A stretch of 56,930 nt of DNA from positions 1 through 56,930 of IMG/VR virus record IMGVR_UViG_3300034374_008818; one strand, written 5' to 3'. Position 1 is the stretch's first letter, and each line of letters opens with the position of its first letter. The notes beneath the pieces were generated by a model. It searched no databases. It worked only from the letters and a program-made list of their open reading frames with translations, and was not told the origin of the DNA. Source of the stretch: a virus. Lineage: Duplodnaviria > Caudoviricetes. Positions 16,280 through 26,288 of the stretch are shown in pieces. The position numbers were made by a program, and so were the translations under genes.

Positions 16280-16975
16280 ATGAGTCAGCAGCGGATGGCA
16301 GGAAGCCAAGAATTTCAGCAAGGTGTGAAAAAAGCTTCTCAGCCTATGGGTGGACGTGAGCATATTAATTCAAGTCCCAAGCTGTTTGGCAGTACAGGCT
16401 TAAAAGGCGGCGATGCATGGAATACTCAAATGCAACGAGAGAGTCAGGCACAAGATAGCTCTGCAGCAACTGGTTCCTACGGTGCAGCGAACCTTGCTAA
16501 TTACATTAATGTAAGTAAGACCGCTACTCAAGGTAATCAAGATTTTTCAATTAATACTGGCAATAAATATGTGAACAACGCACGTTCGCAAAGTAAGACT
16601 AACAAGAAAGATAACGAAGGCTTTGCAATGAACACGACAAAACAGTTCGTGAATTATGCAGACCAGATGCGTGATTCTAATAGTGCAAAAGCTAAGCAGT
16701 TTGCACAATCAACAACGCAAAGCTATATGGATATGAATAAGGCCAACCAGAGTACAAACGTTGCTGCCCTTGATAAACATATCCGTAGTCAACCTATTGT
16801 CGATAATGCATACGGCAAGATGCAAGGTCTAAACACTTACGGTGATATGTACCGGTATGGACGTGAAGAGCTGCCTGCATTTAAGAAGCCTGAACCACAG
16901 AAGGGAGTTGAGAAGCCCAATTTCCAAGATATGTATGACAAGTCTCGTGATGACATCAACAATATTAATATCTAA
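16280..16975 (+). CDS. Gln/Asn-rich hypothetical protein
   Basis: 231-aa ORF; N-terminal RMAG motif. Confidence 0.7.
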   Translation: MSQQRMAGSQEFQQGVKKASQPMGGREHINSSPKLFGSTGLKGGDAWNTQMQRESQAQDSSAATGSYGAANLANYINVSKTATQGNQDFSINTGNKYVNNARSQSKTNKKDNEGFAMNTTKQFVNYADQMRDSNSAKAKQFAQSTTQSYMDMNKANQSTNVAALDKHIRSQPIVDNAYGKMQGLNTYGDMYRYGREELPAFKKPEPQKGVEKPNFQDMYDKSRDDINNINI

Positions 16976-17012
16976 AAGTCGATTACACTAATTAAAGGTA
17001 AGAAGGCTAGGA

Positions 17013-19265
17013 ATGACAAACTCTATACAATCAGAATTTAAACAAATCCTCACTGCAGCAAAAGAACGAAGAGGGGATTTATCTGTTGACAGCATGATTG
17101 TGTCTTCGCATTTAGCGCAGATGCGTATGTTTATGCTGCGTCGTGGTATTGAGTTTTATGCAGAACAAGATAGCTTTGGTAAACGTCGTCAGTTTATTGC
17201 TGATGTCTGTGAGCATAATATGCTCGACATGAAGCTTGATAGCATTATTGATTACTTCTTATGTGATGGTCAAGGTCTTTTCTACTTCAGACCGTCAGGT
17301 GAAGACTACCAGCTGTTATTCTTCCCAAAAGATAGCTACCGTGCTTATCGCAATCAAAAGAATGAAATTGACAGCATCGTACTTGTCTACAGTTTTGCTG
17401 TAAAACAAAATAAAGGTTTAGATGCCTACGCTGAGACTAACGAGCGTGGCGGTAAAAAGAAATACATCCGATTGAAGGTCTATAAAGACCGTATTGAACA
17501 AACAATCTCCAACGAGAAGATTGAGTTTGACGACACTCCAGGAGTAATGCCAGGACATATGCCTGGTATGACAGAAACACTTACTAACAGCTTAGGTTTT
17601 ATTCCAGCTGTCGAAGTGTTTAATCATATGGATTGCACAGGTGAAGCTACTGGTAATGGTGAGTTTGACTGGTTAGCACACCAGATTTTGTATCACGATG
17701 AGCTGACCCGCAACATCCGTAAAAACCTCAAGTTCTTTGGTAACCCCACTCTGGTATCAAGCCGTCCTCGTCACGACCTGATTGAAAGCGGTGATGAGAA
17801 CACCTTCCGCCCAACCATCAGTTCACAAGCTGGATTTGCACCAATGACTGGTGGGTCTATGCATAGTACCCGCGTCAGTCAACCATTTGGTAAGAGTTCA
17901 ATTGACGGACAGATTAAAGTTCCGCGTGTGATTGCAAACCTTGAGCCTACAGACCGTGTGTCTTATATGACACCTGACAGTGTCTCTGGTGACCAGAACT
18001 TATACGTCAAAAACTATAGATCCGAAATTCGTTTAGCACTCGGCGGTGTTGATGACCTTGACATTAACCTTGCCAGCACTGCTTATGAAATCAAAACACT
18101 TTACGGTCGTGTAGCTGCAACAGCAGAGAAAAAAGCCAAAGCACTGTTTAACTACGGTCTATGTCGTCTTTTCTCAATGATGATTATGCATGAAGAAGAG
18201 CTGTTCCGTAAATCGTTTGCAGTAGCTATTGGATTGCAAGAACCAGTTATGCCTCTACCTGAGGAATATGCAAATGACCCTGAAGCATTTCAGAAAGAAT
18301 ATGAGAAATATCAGAAGAAACATCAGAAGTTTATTAAAGAAAGAGAAGATAGTATCCGTGCTACACTTGAGTCAGGCAATATGCCTATTGGAGTTGTTGG
18401 ATTGATTCCTGACGGTAGCTCAAAAGTTAGCTGGCGTTGGATGGGTCAAGTCTTCGAAGACAGTCCCGACGACGTGCTACAACACAGCATCGTTGTTCGT
18501 AACCTTCAAGAATTAGGTGTTGATTCAATTGAAGCACTTAAGTACTTGTTCCCAGACAAAACGGAAGAAGAGAGGGCAGCAATGCTTTCTGGCTATCCGT
18601 TCAGAATGGTTCAACAAACACAACAGTCTTTAAACCAGTTCATTGGATTACTCGGCAACCTCTATCAGTTGCCACATCCACAGACGCCAGATATGCCATT
18701 AGCGTCTGATCCGAATCTTGATATCACAGGATTCTTATATAGATCACTCGAATTTTTACGTAAGGAGTTAAGTTACAGTGGAAGTTACAAGCCAGACAGC
18801 GACGGCCCCAGTGTCAGCGCCCTCAGCGATGCCGACGAGCGTCGCGCAGCCCTCGGCCTCCCCGTCCGCGATGAGCCAACCGTCGACCTCCCAGGCTTAT
18901 CAGGCGGCCCCGGTAGCACAACCCCAGGTACCAACTTACCAACCGGCAGCGGCCCAGCAGGCTTCGGCACCTCAGGGGAATCCGTGGCAGGAAGCGTTCC
19001 AGGCGCTCTCCGCAAGTTTGAATACAAGCAGCCCCTCCCCAGCCCAGGTTCAACAATCGGCGTACCAGACACCAACGCCACAGGCGCTTCAACAAGCAAG
19101 CTGGGCTTCAGCCCCTCAGCAGCAATGGGCTCCTACGGCGCAGCCGACTTACAGTCCCCAAGCTTCAACCCAAGCCTACTCAACCGCCCAGGCTCCAATG
19201 CAAGGGCAGGCTCAAGAAGCAGTCAGCGACGCGTATCTAAGTCAAATCAGCGATCAAAGTCTTGA
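17013..19265 (+). CDS. Portal protein (probable) with long low-complexity C-terminal extension
   Basis: Position after TerL; TNSLGFIPAVEVFN...GEFD portal-like motif; size. Confidence 0.75.
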   Translation: MTNSIQSEFKQILTAAKERRGDLSVDSMIVSSHLAQMRMFMLRRGIEFYAEQDSFGKRRQFIADVCEHNMLDMKLDSIIDYFLCDGQGLFYFRPSGEDYQLLFFPKDSYRAYRNQKNEIDSIVLVYSFAVKQNKGLDAYAETNERGGKKKYIRLKVYKDRIEQTISNEKIEFDDTPGVMPGHMPGMTETLTNSLGFIPAVEVFNHMDCTGEATGNGEFDWLAHQILYHDELTRNIRKNLKFFGNPTLVSSRPRHDLIESGDENTFRPTISSQAGFAPMTGGSMHSTRVSQPFGKSSIDGQIKVPRVIANLEPTDRVSYMTPDSVSGDQNLYVKNYRSEIRLALGGVDDLDINLASTAYEIKTLYGRVAATAEKKAKALFNYGLCRLFSMMIMHEEELFRKSFAVAIGLQEPVMPLPEEYANDPEAFQKEYEKYQKKHQKFIKEREDSIRATLESGNMPIGVVGLIPDGSSKVSWRWMGQVFEDSPDDVLQHSIVVRNLQELGVDSIEALKYLFPDKTEEERAAMLSGYPFRMVQQTQQSLNQFIGLLGNLYQLPHPQTPDMPLASDPNLDITGFLYRSLEFLRKELSYSGSYKPDSDGPSVSALSDADERRAALGLPVRDEPTVDLPGLSGGPGSTTPGTNLPTGSGPAGFGTSGESVAGSVPGALRKFEYKQPLPSPGSTIGVPDTNATGASTSKLGFSPSAAMGSYGAADLQSPSFNPSLLNRPGSNARAGSRSSQRRVSKSNQRSKS

Positions 19266-19761
19266 GGTTCTTGAGCACTTCGGTGCTGAAGCTCCCGCTC
19301 TCCTTAACCAGTACGCCTGTGCTGTAGAGGACGCCCTGATTGAGCAAGTCCAGCGTGTGCAGTCTCAGTCCCTGATGCTTGAAGCAGCTGGTGAAGAGCG
19401 TGCAGCAATGAACCTGATGCTCACTGACCCCGACGTGCTTGCTGATTACGTCAACGACTTCTACGGTCCTGAAGGTCCCTACCCGACTGAAACTCTTCAA
19501 GAGCAGTACGAGCGTGAGCAATATGAAGCCCGTGCTCAGTTCGAGCAAGAGATTGCAATGCAAGAGCAAGGCGGAGTTCCTCAGAACTTCCAGCGTCCTG
19601 AAATGGAAATGCCTACTCCCGGTCGTCAAGTGAACCAAGCCAACGATTTCTGGGGTGGCTTCTCCCAGCTGATGGATAGCAATCCTGAGAATGCTTGGAA
19701 GTTCCTGGCTCAGGCACCTCAAGGTGCTCTGCAGACCAAGATGCTTGTCCAAGAAGGCTGA
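18778..19761 (+). CDS. Capsid scaffolding protein (probable)
   Basis: Gln/Pro/Ala-rich N-terminus, acidic helical C-terminus; AAGGAG RBS at 18762-18767 before GTG. Confidence 0.65.
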   Translation: MEVTSQTATAPVSAPSAMPTSVAQPSASPSAMSQPSTSQAYQAAPVAQPQVPTYQPAAAQQASAPQGNPWQEAFQALSASLNTSSPSPAQVQQSAYQTPTPQALQQASWASAPQQQWAPTAQPTYSPQASTQAYSTAQAPMQGQAQEAVSDAYLSQISDQSLEVLEHFGAEAPALLNQYACAVEDALIEQVQRVQSQSLMLEAAGEERAAMNLMLTDPDVLADYVNDFYGPEGPYPTETLQEQYEREQYEARAQFEQEIAMQEQGGVPQNFQRPEMEMPTPGRQVNQANDFWGGFSQLMDSNPENAWKFLAQAPQGALQTKMLVQEG

Positions 19762-19868
19762 TAACTGCAAGGGGATACTTATTAAAGGAAACAGGGCTTA
19801 CGTTTAATAAGCCTAATTCTTATTAAAAGATATCCCCTTACAATAGTTATATAGAAAGGTATTAAACA

Positions 19869-20345
19869 ATGCATAGTTTTTATTCGATTGCTGAGGAAAC
19901 ACTTCCTAAGAGTTCTTTGATGCGTAGTGCTGGTGGCATGAATAGCCCAGTGCGTCCTGGTCCAAACCTGTATGACTCTGGTGCTGCTTCTAAGCCTCAG
20001 CTGAACACTCAGCCTTTCAATAACGAACGGTTGGCACAGCAAACGATGATGCAAAACGGACTATCTGCAGCACCTCAAGCTGGTGTAGCTGCAGCTGGTG
20101 CTGTCCGCTCTCAAGTTTCTGCTGCATCTGACCAAGAAGTTAAAGCACAACAGTTTGCAGCCACTCGTGCATCTGAAGCACTGTATGCAAACCAGTCTGG
20201 TTCTGCTTTAATGCGTCTCAATGCAGTGATGCAAAGTCCTGACCGCGATAAGTTCCTCAATGACATCGCTATTGGCAAAGCAATGGCTCAAGGACTTAAC
20301 CCAGACCTCGGACAAGAAGTAGCAACTGCAAGACGTTATGGTTGA
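19869..20345 (+). CDS. Hypothetical protein (158 aa)
   Basis: ORF preceded by TACAAT (19839) and AAAGG. Confidence 0.75.
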   Translation: MHSFYSIAEETLPKSSLMRSAGGMNSPVRPGPNLYDSGAASKPQLNTQPFNNERLAQQTMMQNGLSAAPQAGVAAAGAVRSQVSAASDQEVKAQQFAATRASEALYANQSGSALMRLNAVMQSPDRDKFLNDIAIGKAMAQGLNPDLGQEVATARRYG

Positions 20346-20385
20346 TAGATTTACTACAATCGTAGTAGTCTAAGTAACTAATACC

Positions 20386-20676
20386 GTGCGTTTAGCTGGC
20401 GAATCTCCAAAACAAGACCCTGAAGTATTTCAGACTATTTGGAAGCATCTGAAGACTGATGGCGTGCCTGACCAGGCAGCTAATCAGATGACAGCTGAGA
20501 TGCTGACGCACGGTGAAGACTTTGAAAGTAGCGTAGAGAAATATCAGCAGTACGAAGATAACTATAAGAGCAAAGGATTCAATGAGCATGCTGCACAAGC
20601 TATGGCAGTAGAAGCATTAGAAGGCAGGCAAGAAGCTCCAAAAGAATCACTTAGGTTTGCAAGAATGCGCGGTTAA
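20386..20676 (+). CDS. Hypothetical protein (96 aa) with internal duplication
   Basis: G.P/N..AA.(Q/A)M..E.L twice; N-terminal MRLAG. Confidence 0.7.
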   Translation: MRLAGESPKQDPEVFQTIWKHLKTDGVPDQAANQMTAEMLTHGEDFESSVEKYQQYEDNYKSKGFNEHAAQAMAVEALEGRQEAPKESLRFARMRG

Positions 20677-20679
20677 GTG

Positions 20680-20709
20680 TTGACAACTGCTAGAATATTG
20701 GGCTACAGT
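20680..20709 (+). promoter_or_regulatory. Host-type sigma70 promoter of the sigma factor gene
   Basis: TTGACA(20680-20685)-N18-TACAGT(20704-20709), 25 nt before ATG. Confidence 0.6.
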
Positions 20710-20733
20710 TAATGTATACCCAAAAGAGATTAT

Positions 20734-21672
20734 ATGTCGCAACCAAAGATTTCAGGTGACTCAGTTCGTGCTTATCTACGTGATATCGGACGCATTCCAC
20801 TTCTAGAGCACGATGAAGAGATTCTCTTGGGTCGTCAAGTTCAGCGGTTAATGGAAATCAAAGAACAGAAAGAATCCCTTAACCTTGATAATGAAGGGTT
20901 AGCTGCCGCTAGTGATATCACATTAAAACAACTTAAGCGGGAGATTCGTGAAGGTGAGAAAGCCAAAGACAAGATGGTCACGGCAAACTTACGGCTCGTC
21001 GTTTCTGTGGCGAAGAAATACACTAAACGAAATATGGAACTCCTCGACATTATTCAAGAGGGGACCATTGGCCTCGTTCGCGGTGTGGAAAAATTTGATC
21101 CGGGTCGTGGTTATAAGTTTAGTACTTACGCTTATTGGTGGATTCGTCAAGGGATCACTCGCGCAATCGCTGAAAAATCGAGGGCGATTAGGTTACCAAT
21201 TCACGTTACAGAAAACCTCAACCGCCTTAAGAAAGCCCAGCGTGAACTGAGTCAGATGAATGGTTATATGCCAAGCATCCATCAACTCTCAGATTACCTT
21301 GAACTGTCAGTAGATGACATCAAAGATTTAATGTGTAAAGCACGTCAGCCTACATCTCTAGAAATCAAGATTGGAGAAAATCGTGACACAGCGCTGATTG
21401 ATCTTTTAGAAGATGAGACACAGCTTCCAGAGATGCTGCTTGAAAAAGCTTTGATCAAGGAAGATATGCACAGTATGATTCGAGATTTACCTGACCTGCA
21501 AGCAGCAGTAATCAGTATGCGGTATGGCATTGGTGATGAGCTGTTTGAAGCTATGTCAATGACAGCCATTGGCCAAGTATTAAATATGAGCCGTGACAGA
21601 GTGCGTACTCTGGAGCATAAAGCAATTAAAACTTTAAAAGAGCGTGGTGATTTAGTGAGTGAATATCTTTAA
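20734..21672 (+). CDS. rpoD: RNA polymerase sigma factor, RpoD/SigA family (cyanobacterial group 2-like)
   Basis: DSVRAYLRDIGRIPLL, ANLRLVVSVAKKY, DIIQEG.IGL.R.VEKFDP.RGYKFSTYAYWWIRQ, region 4 SRDRVR. Confidence 0.97.
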   Translation: MSQPKISGDSVRAYLRDIGRIPLLEHDEEILLGRQVQRLMEIKEQKESLNLDNEGLAAASDITLKQLKREIREGEKAKDKMVTANLRLVVSVAKKYTKRNMELLDIIQEGTIGLVRGVEKFDPGRGYKFSTYAYWWIRQGITRAIAEKSRAIRLPIHVTENLNRLKKAQRELSQMNGYMPSIHQLSDYLELSVDDIKDLMCKARQPTSLEIKIGENRDTALIDLLEDETQLPEMLLEKALIKEDMHSMIRDLPDLQAAVISMRYGIGDELFEAMSMTAIGQVLNMSRDRVRTLEHKAIKTLKERGDLVSEYL

Positions 21673-21702
21673 TACAATAGAGTTAAAGAATGCTCTGTTC
21701 AA

Positions 21703-22380
21703 ATGGACGTTACAGATCAGATACTCCAACACACTCGTATCTATGGAGCAAGTGACAATACAGCACCTCAGAACCTATCAGCTTCAAAGTCGCTGAATTT
21801 TGCAAACGGTGCGTCAATTCAACGTGCTGAAGATCAACGTGTGACAGTTATTCCTTATACGTTGAAGTACAAAGGTACGACTGGTTTGTTTGGTGCAGAG
21901 AACTATTTTGTCAAAGTGCATGCAGATGTACCTCTTGATTTCACACTCAAGTGTTTTGAAGAACCTAATTGGGAATGCGCAAGGATAAGTACAGAAGAGC
22001 TTGATCCATCGAGCTTATATCAGCAAGCAGTTATCGATTTAACAAAAGATTTAGAAATCGTCAACACGTACGAACCTGCACAAATCACATTTAAGAAGAG
22101 AGCTGCTACTGATTCATTCATTAGTGTCGATCTTAATAACCTTAAAACAGGTAACACGTATATTGATAGCTGGTTAGATGTCAGGCTCTATACATCAGAG
22201 CGTGAAGAACACCCGTACGACAAAATGTACGTACGATTATATGACTTCTTTTATATTGGCTTCCACGCTCGAAACACTCGCCGTTTGGATTACAACGTAG
22301 AAGCACTGATTGGCAATGAACTAGTTTCAGCGAGTGCTGTAGAAGACACCCGCTTTATTGCTAGAAAGATTAATCAATAA
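21703..22380 (+). CDS. Hypothetical protein (225 aa), probably structural
   Basis: ORF with TACAAT 30 nt upstream. Confidence 0.7.
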   Translation: MDVTDQILQHTRIYGASDNTAPQNLSASKSLNFANGASIQRAEDQRVTVIPYTLKYKGTTGLFGAENYFVKVHADVPLDFTLKCFEEPNWECARISTEELDPSSLYQQAVIDLTKDLEIVNTYEPAQITFKKRAATDSFISVDLNNLKTGNTYIDSWLDVRLYTSEREEHPYDKMYVRLYDFFYIGFHARNTRRLDYNVEALIGNELVSASAVEDTRFIARKINQ

Positions 22381-22402
22381 CCACCGCTACCACCTTACAG
22401 TG

Positions 22403-23089
22403 TTATGTTGCGATAGTTACGGATAAAGTATCGGATTGACCTGTGCCATCAAAGTCTGCATTAGTTGAGCTAACTGAACAAGTCACACTACCTGCACCAG
22501 CTGCACCCCAGGTAATTGTTGCAGAAGCCGTAGTACCGCCGGAAGTGACAGTACCACCAGTTGCACTCCAGCTGTAGGTGTAAGGAGTAGCGTCACCAGT
22601 TACTGCCACTGTATAGACAGATGCCGTGTTCTCTACGGGTGTGTTATCACCGCTGACAGTTGCTGAATCAACTGTTGTAGCAGGCGTGCCACCGCCACCC
22701 GGGTTAGCTGCACCATCGGCAGGCGTAACGGTCATGACTTTGCCACCAGAGATGCGAGGCATCACGTAGTGCTCAACAAGCTCCCAGCTGTCGTTATATA
22801 GAGCTGCTCGTGCCAACTCATTAATCTGGTAAAAATTAAAGCCAAAGTTACCATCGTGGTCAATACGAACATTGACACTAGGGCTAGCAAGCAACGCAAG
22901 ATATCCAGAACCACCAGCACCAGTCACTTTAAAGACTGTGCAGTCCTCATAGACAGCACCGTTACCTTGGACCCACCAACGTTTGATCTGCCAAGTATTG
23001 CCACCACGCGGGTAGTCAAGACGCACCATCTCGTCGCCAGTGTGCTTAGTAACCTGACGAATGCCAGTTAAAACAAGACTATCTGCCAT
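22403..23089 (-). CDS. Structural protein with C-terminal Ig/PKD-like domain
   Basis: YTYSWSATGG...ATITW..AGAGSVTCSV motif; N-terminal half paralogous to 33924-34445. Confidence 0.7.
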   Translation of the reverse strand: MADSLVLTGIRQVTKHTGDEMVRLDYPRGGNTWQIKRWWVQGNGAVYEDCTVFKVTGAGGSGYLALLASPSVNVRIDHDGNFGFNFYQINELARAALYNDSWELVEHYVMPRISGGKVMTVTPADGAANPGGGGTPATTVDSATVSGDNTPVENTASVYTVAVTGDATPYTYSWSATGGTVTSGGTTASATITWGAAGAGSVTCSVSSTNADFDGTGQSDTLSVTIAT

Positions 23090-23093
23090 TTTT

Positions 23094-23459
23094 TTAGTTA
23101 GGACTTTCTTCTATTTTAGTCCATTTAAGATTGGCAACTGAGTTATTAGTTTTACATCCATCAATGTGAGTTACACGAGTGCATCCTTTCGCTCTGCCTG
23201 GCATCGATTTTGGTTGAGGAAGAAAAGCTAAAGCCACTAGTTTATGAATAGTCACAGTAATTGTGCTTTTTCGTCCGATACGTTGGGTCAGATTAACCTG
23301 TGCATATCCGTTCTTATTAATGCGTTGCTTAAGAATACGTTCGATCTGCCCTTTAGTACTTTTAATCTGTCCTTTTTCATTAACGTAGTACTCAATGCAG
23401 GATTCAAAGCCAGGTAATGTATGAACTGGCGTCCATTCTCGATCATCAATAAATTCCAT
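23094..23459 (-). CDS. NUMOD4/HNH homing endonuclease
   Basis: W.PV..LPGFE...YYVNEKGQIKS, NGYAQVNL, HKLVALAFL, HIDGCKTNNSVANLKW. Confidence 0.85.
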   Translation of the reverse strand: MEFIDDREWTPVHTLPGFESCIEYYVNEKGQIKSTKGQIERILKQRINKNGYAQVNLTQRIGRKSTITVTIHKLVALAFLPQPKSMPGRAKGCTRVTHIDGCKTNNSVANLKWTKIEESPN

Positions 23460-23574
23460 TTACCTCAATATATTTGGGTACTACTGATATAGTATAGCCA
23501 ATGTCAGTAATATCTATATATGTGGCTAAGTCGAAGCCGCTTATAAACCTTTTAGCTTACGGAGTTACGATCCT

Positions 23575-24729
23575 ATGTGGATTGATAATGATTTTCCGAA
23601 GCTTCTTGGTGCAGAGCTTTATCGTCCCCACCCCGCCTACATCATTGAGATGGCTGTAGAGCCGGTGGTTGTGCACGATTTCTCCAAGCAGCCTGGTCAG
23701 ACGGTCCAACTGGATCGCTACCGCTTCTGGGGTAAGCCTGGTACCAAGGAGTCCCGTGAGCGGACCGCTGATCAAACTCTTGGATCTGCTTCCGCACGCA
23801 ACATCGTCAAGGACAAGGTGCTCGTGACTCTGCGTGAGTACACTGGCCCCGCTGATTCCCGCGACGCAACTCAACCTTCTACCTTCAAGGTGGCTCGTGA
23901 GACCCTGATTACCGCCCAGCGTCTGCTGCTGGACACCGGTAACCTGAACGTCTTCCACCAGTCCATCGGTTCACTCACCCTGCTTGACGACTATCGTCGC
24001 TGGCGTGATCGCGTGTTTGCTAACGAGCTTCTGAAAGCTGAAGCCTGTGGCCGCGCAAGTAACGAGCAAGGTGGTTACTACCTGCCCGGCGGCAAAGAAA
24101 AAGGTTCCGAACCCACTGCTGGTGACTTGGGTGTCAAATACGAAGCTGGCGAATCCGGCAAGTTCGACGTCAAGACCGACCTGCTGGAAGTGGTCAAGGA
24201 CATGCGTAAGCGCAACGTTCCGACCTTCGCTGACGGTTACTACCGCTGTATTTGTGATCCCACTGCAATGATGCACCTGCGTCAGAACAGTGACTTCCGC
24301 GAGATCGCACGTTATCCCGGACAGGGTCTCATCGATCCGATGAACCCCATCACTGGTCCTTCTGCCAACTTCTTCCAAGGCATGGGTCCTGCTTACGGTC
24401 AAGCTGGCTTTGTTGCTGGTCAACCCGTTATGCCGACTGGCTTCCTGTTTGAGGGTGTCCGTTGGTTCGAGTCCACCAACCTGCCTGAAACCTCTTACAA
24501 CCTGACTATTACCGATGCGACTGCCGCCGCTGCTGATTACGGCGCTGCTCAGTTGATCTTCTTCGGTCCTCAGGCTGTGGGCGTGGGTATTGGTGGTAAC
24601 AATGCTCAGATTCTGTTGAACAACAACGACGACTTCAGCCGTTTCATCATCATGATCTGGTCTCTGTTCGCCGGTTTTGAAACCCTGAATAAGGATTTCA
24701 TTACGGTTGGTTACTCTTTCGTATATTGA
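23575..24729 (+). CDS. Major capsid protein (HK97 fold, N4-gp56-like)
   Basis: 384 aa, strongly biased codon usage, KQPGQTVQL and LREY motifs, position in head module. Confidence 0.85.
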   Translation: MWIDNDFPKLLGAELYRPHPAYIIEMAVEPVVVHDFSKQPGQTVQLDRYRFWGKPGTKESRERTADQTLGSASARNIVKDKVLVTLREYTGPADSRDATQPSTFKVARETLITAQRLLLDTGNLNVFHQSIGSLTLLDDYRRWRDRVFANELLKAEACGRASNEQGGYYLPGGKEKGSEPTAGDLGVKYEAGESGKFDVKTDLLEVVKDMRKRNVPTFADGYYRCICDPTAMMHLRQNSDFREIARYPGQGLIDPMNPITGPSANFFQGMGPAYGQAGFVAGQPVMPTGFLFEGVRWFESTNLPETSYNLTITDATAAAADYGAAQLIFFGPQAVGVGIGGNNAQILLNNNDDFSRFIIMIWSLFAGFETLNKDFITVGYSFVY

Positions 24730-24745
24730 TAGGAGGTAACTAACA

Positions 24746-25414
24746 ATGGCAACTTTCGAATTTGATTCTGAAAACCGTACACCTTGGAACAATAAAATCT
24801 TCCCTGGTAACTACGTCGCCCACCTGAACGCATACCGTGACCAAGGCGTGGTCGCACTCCCTGGTGCTGTGTTCTTCCGTGGTGTGGGTGCTCTGGTACT
24901 CAACCCTGACAACGATGGTGTCCTCGATACCAACGGTGTGCTGGTTGCTGGTACCTACGATCTGCAAATCCTGTCTCCCGACCTGCGTCAGGACGACAAG
25001 CCTCGCAAGGATCGCCCCTTCGTGATTCCCGAAGGTGCTGTGGTGTATCGCACCGCCGTGTCTGCTCCGGGTGTCCGTGAAGAAACCGTGGCTGGTTCCG
25101 CAACTCTGACTGTTGCTGGCATCAGCACCCCTGCTGCTGTTCCTGCAACCGCAGAAGCTGACGGCTACTTCGCTCCCGTTGGTGAGTTCAGCCTGTTTGA
25201 GTCCATTCTCGATGGAACCGCACTGACCGCTGAAACTCCCGTGCAAATCACCACCTCTGAAGACCTGATTGCAAGTCAGAAGCCTTCTGCTGGTGCTTGC
25301 CGTAAGAGCCCTTCTGCCATCCTGGTTGAAGTGTGCTACTACGTACCTGACGCTGCACCTGATGCAGACGACGTGCACATCCCCTACGGTGTTGAAGCCG
25401 GTCAAGGTTATTGA
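24746..25414 (+). CDS. Minor capsid/decoration protein (probable)
   Basis: AGGAGG RBS, same codon bias, directly after MCP and before a terminator. Confidence 0.65.
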   Translation: MATFEFDSENRTPWNNKIFPGNYVAHLNAYRDQGVVALPGAVFFRGVGALVLNPDNDGVLDTNGVLVAGTYDLQILSPDLRQDDKPRKDRPFVIPEGAVVYRTAVSAPGVREETVAGSATLTVAGISTPAAVPATAEADGYFAPVGEFSLFESILDGTALTAETPVQITTSEDLIASQKPSAGACRKSPSAILVEVCYYVPDAAPDADDVHIPYGVEAGQGY

Positions 25415-25430
25415 TAACCTTTGACAGAAC

Positions 25431-25458
25431 AAGAGCCTCTAAATGGGGCTCTTTTTTT
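25431..25458 (+). terminator. Rho-independent terminator
   Basis: AAGAGCCTC-taaat-GGGGCTCTT followed by T-run. Confidence 0.85.
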
Positions 25459-25493
25459 GTGTCTATAATATGGGGTATAGGTGATAACTAAAC

Positions 25494-25925
25494 ATGAGTA
25501 ATCTATTTCAAGACACAAAGACAGGAAAACTGGTTGAATTTATCAGCAAGCACGATAAAGAATTTGCAATGGTGCGTGATTCTGGCGGCAACATTACTTA
25601 TTTAACACTTGAGCAGTTAGTGCCATATGACAAAGACAAGGGACGTTTATCTAAAGTGACTGCACCTCAGATTGCACCACCTCCAGAAGAAAAAGCTCCT
25701 AATCGCGTTGTGCCTCTTGAGGATGTGCGTTTGAATCTGAATACTGCTACTGCAGAAGTCATTCAAAAACGTCTGCCTGGAGTTGGGTATGCTACTGCTA
25801 AAAAAATTGTAGAGATGCGAATGTCACTGTCAGGTGAACGTTTTAATAATCTAAAACAACTGGAGAATATCCCACGAGTCAACTGGGAACAGCTAATTGA
25901 AGAAGACCTTATCTTTATTAGTTAA
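25494..25925 (+). CDS. Helix-hairpin-helix (ComEA-like) DNA-binding protein
   Basis: LNLNTATAE....LPGVGYATAKKIVEMR...F..LKQLENIPRV. Confidence 0.85.
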   Translation: MSNLFQDTKTGKLVEFISKHDKEFAMVRDSGGNITYLTLEQLVPYDKDKGRLSKVTAPQIAPPPEEKAPNRVVPLEDVRLNLNTATAEVIQKRLPGVGYATAKKIVEMRMSLSGERFNNLKQLENIPRVNWEQLIEEDLIFIS

Positions 25926-25952
25926 ACTAGTAATACAGTAATTACGTCGATT

Positions 25953-26288
25953 ATGGCTAGCAGTATTGAAGATATTCTGTATGCAAAAGCATTATCAGAT
26001 GCACAATCAAAGCCTGACCCTGCTGCAGCCATGGGCACCGGTGCTGCATTAGGTGCAGTTCCTGGCTTCATGCTTGGTGGCGGAATTCGTGGTCGTATGG
26101 CAGGCGGTTTAGTTGGAGCAATCCTTGGCGGTGGCTTAGGGCTAGGCGTACGTCAAATGATGGTCAAAGAATCACCTGCTGCAAATATGCTTGCCAAGTT
26201 GCAATCAACAGGTGAGCTAGGTGCTATGGATCGTTTCCAGCTGCAAAGTGTACTGAAAGACATCTACAATAACCCCGGTACTCTGTGA
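25953..26288 (+). CDS. Glycine-zipper hypothetical protein
   Basis: GAALGAVPG...RMAGGLVGAILGGGLG. Confidence 0.7.
   Translation: MASSIEDILYAKALSDAQSKPDPAAAMGTGAALGAVPGFMLGGGIRGRMAGGLVGAILGGGLGLGVRQMMVKESPAANMLAKLQSTGELGAMDRFQLQSVLKDIYNNPGTL

Noticed and set aside
23971-25432. Long antisense ORFs over the capsid genes (273 aa and 230 aa)
   Set aside because: Shadow frames expected from strong codon bias in highly expressed genes; no RBS, promoter or protein-like motifs.
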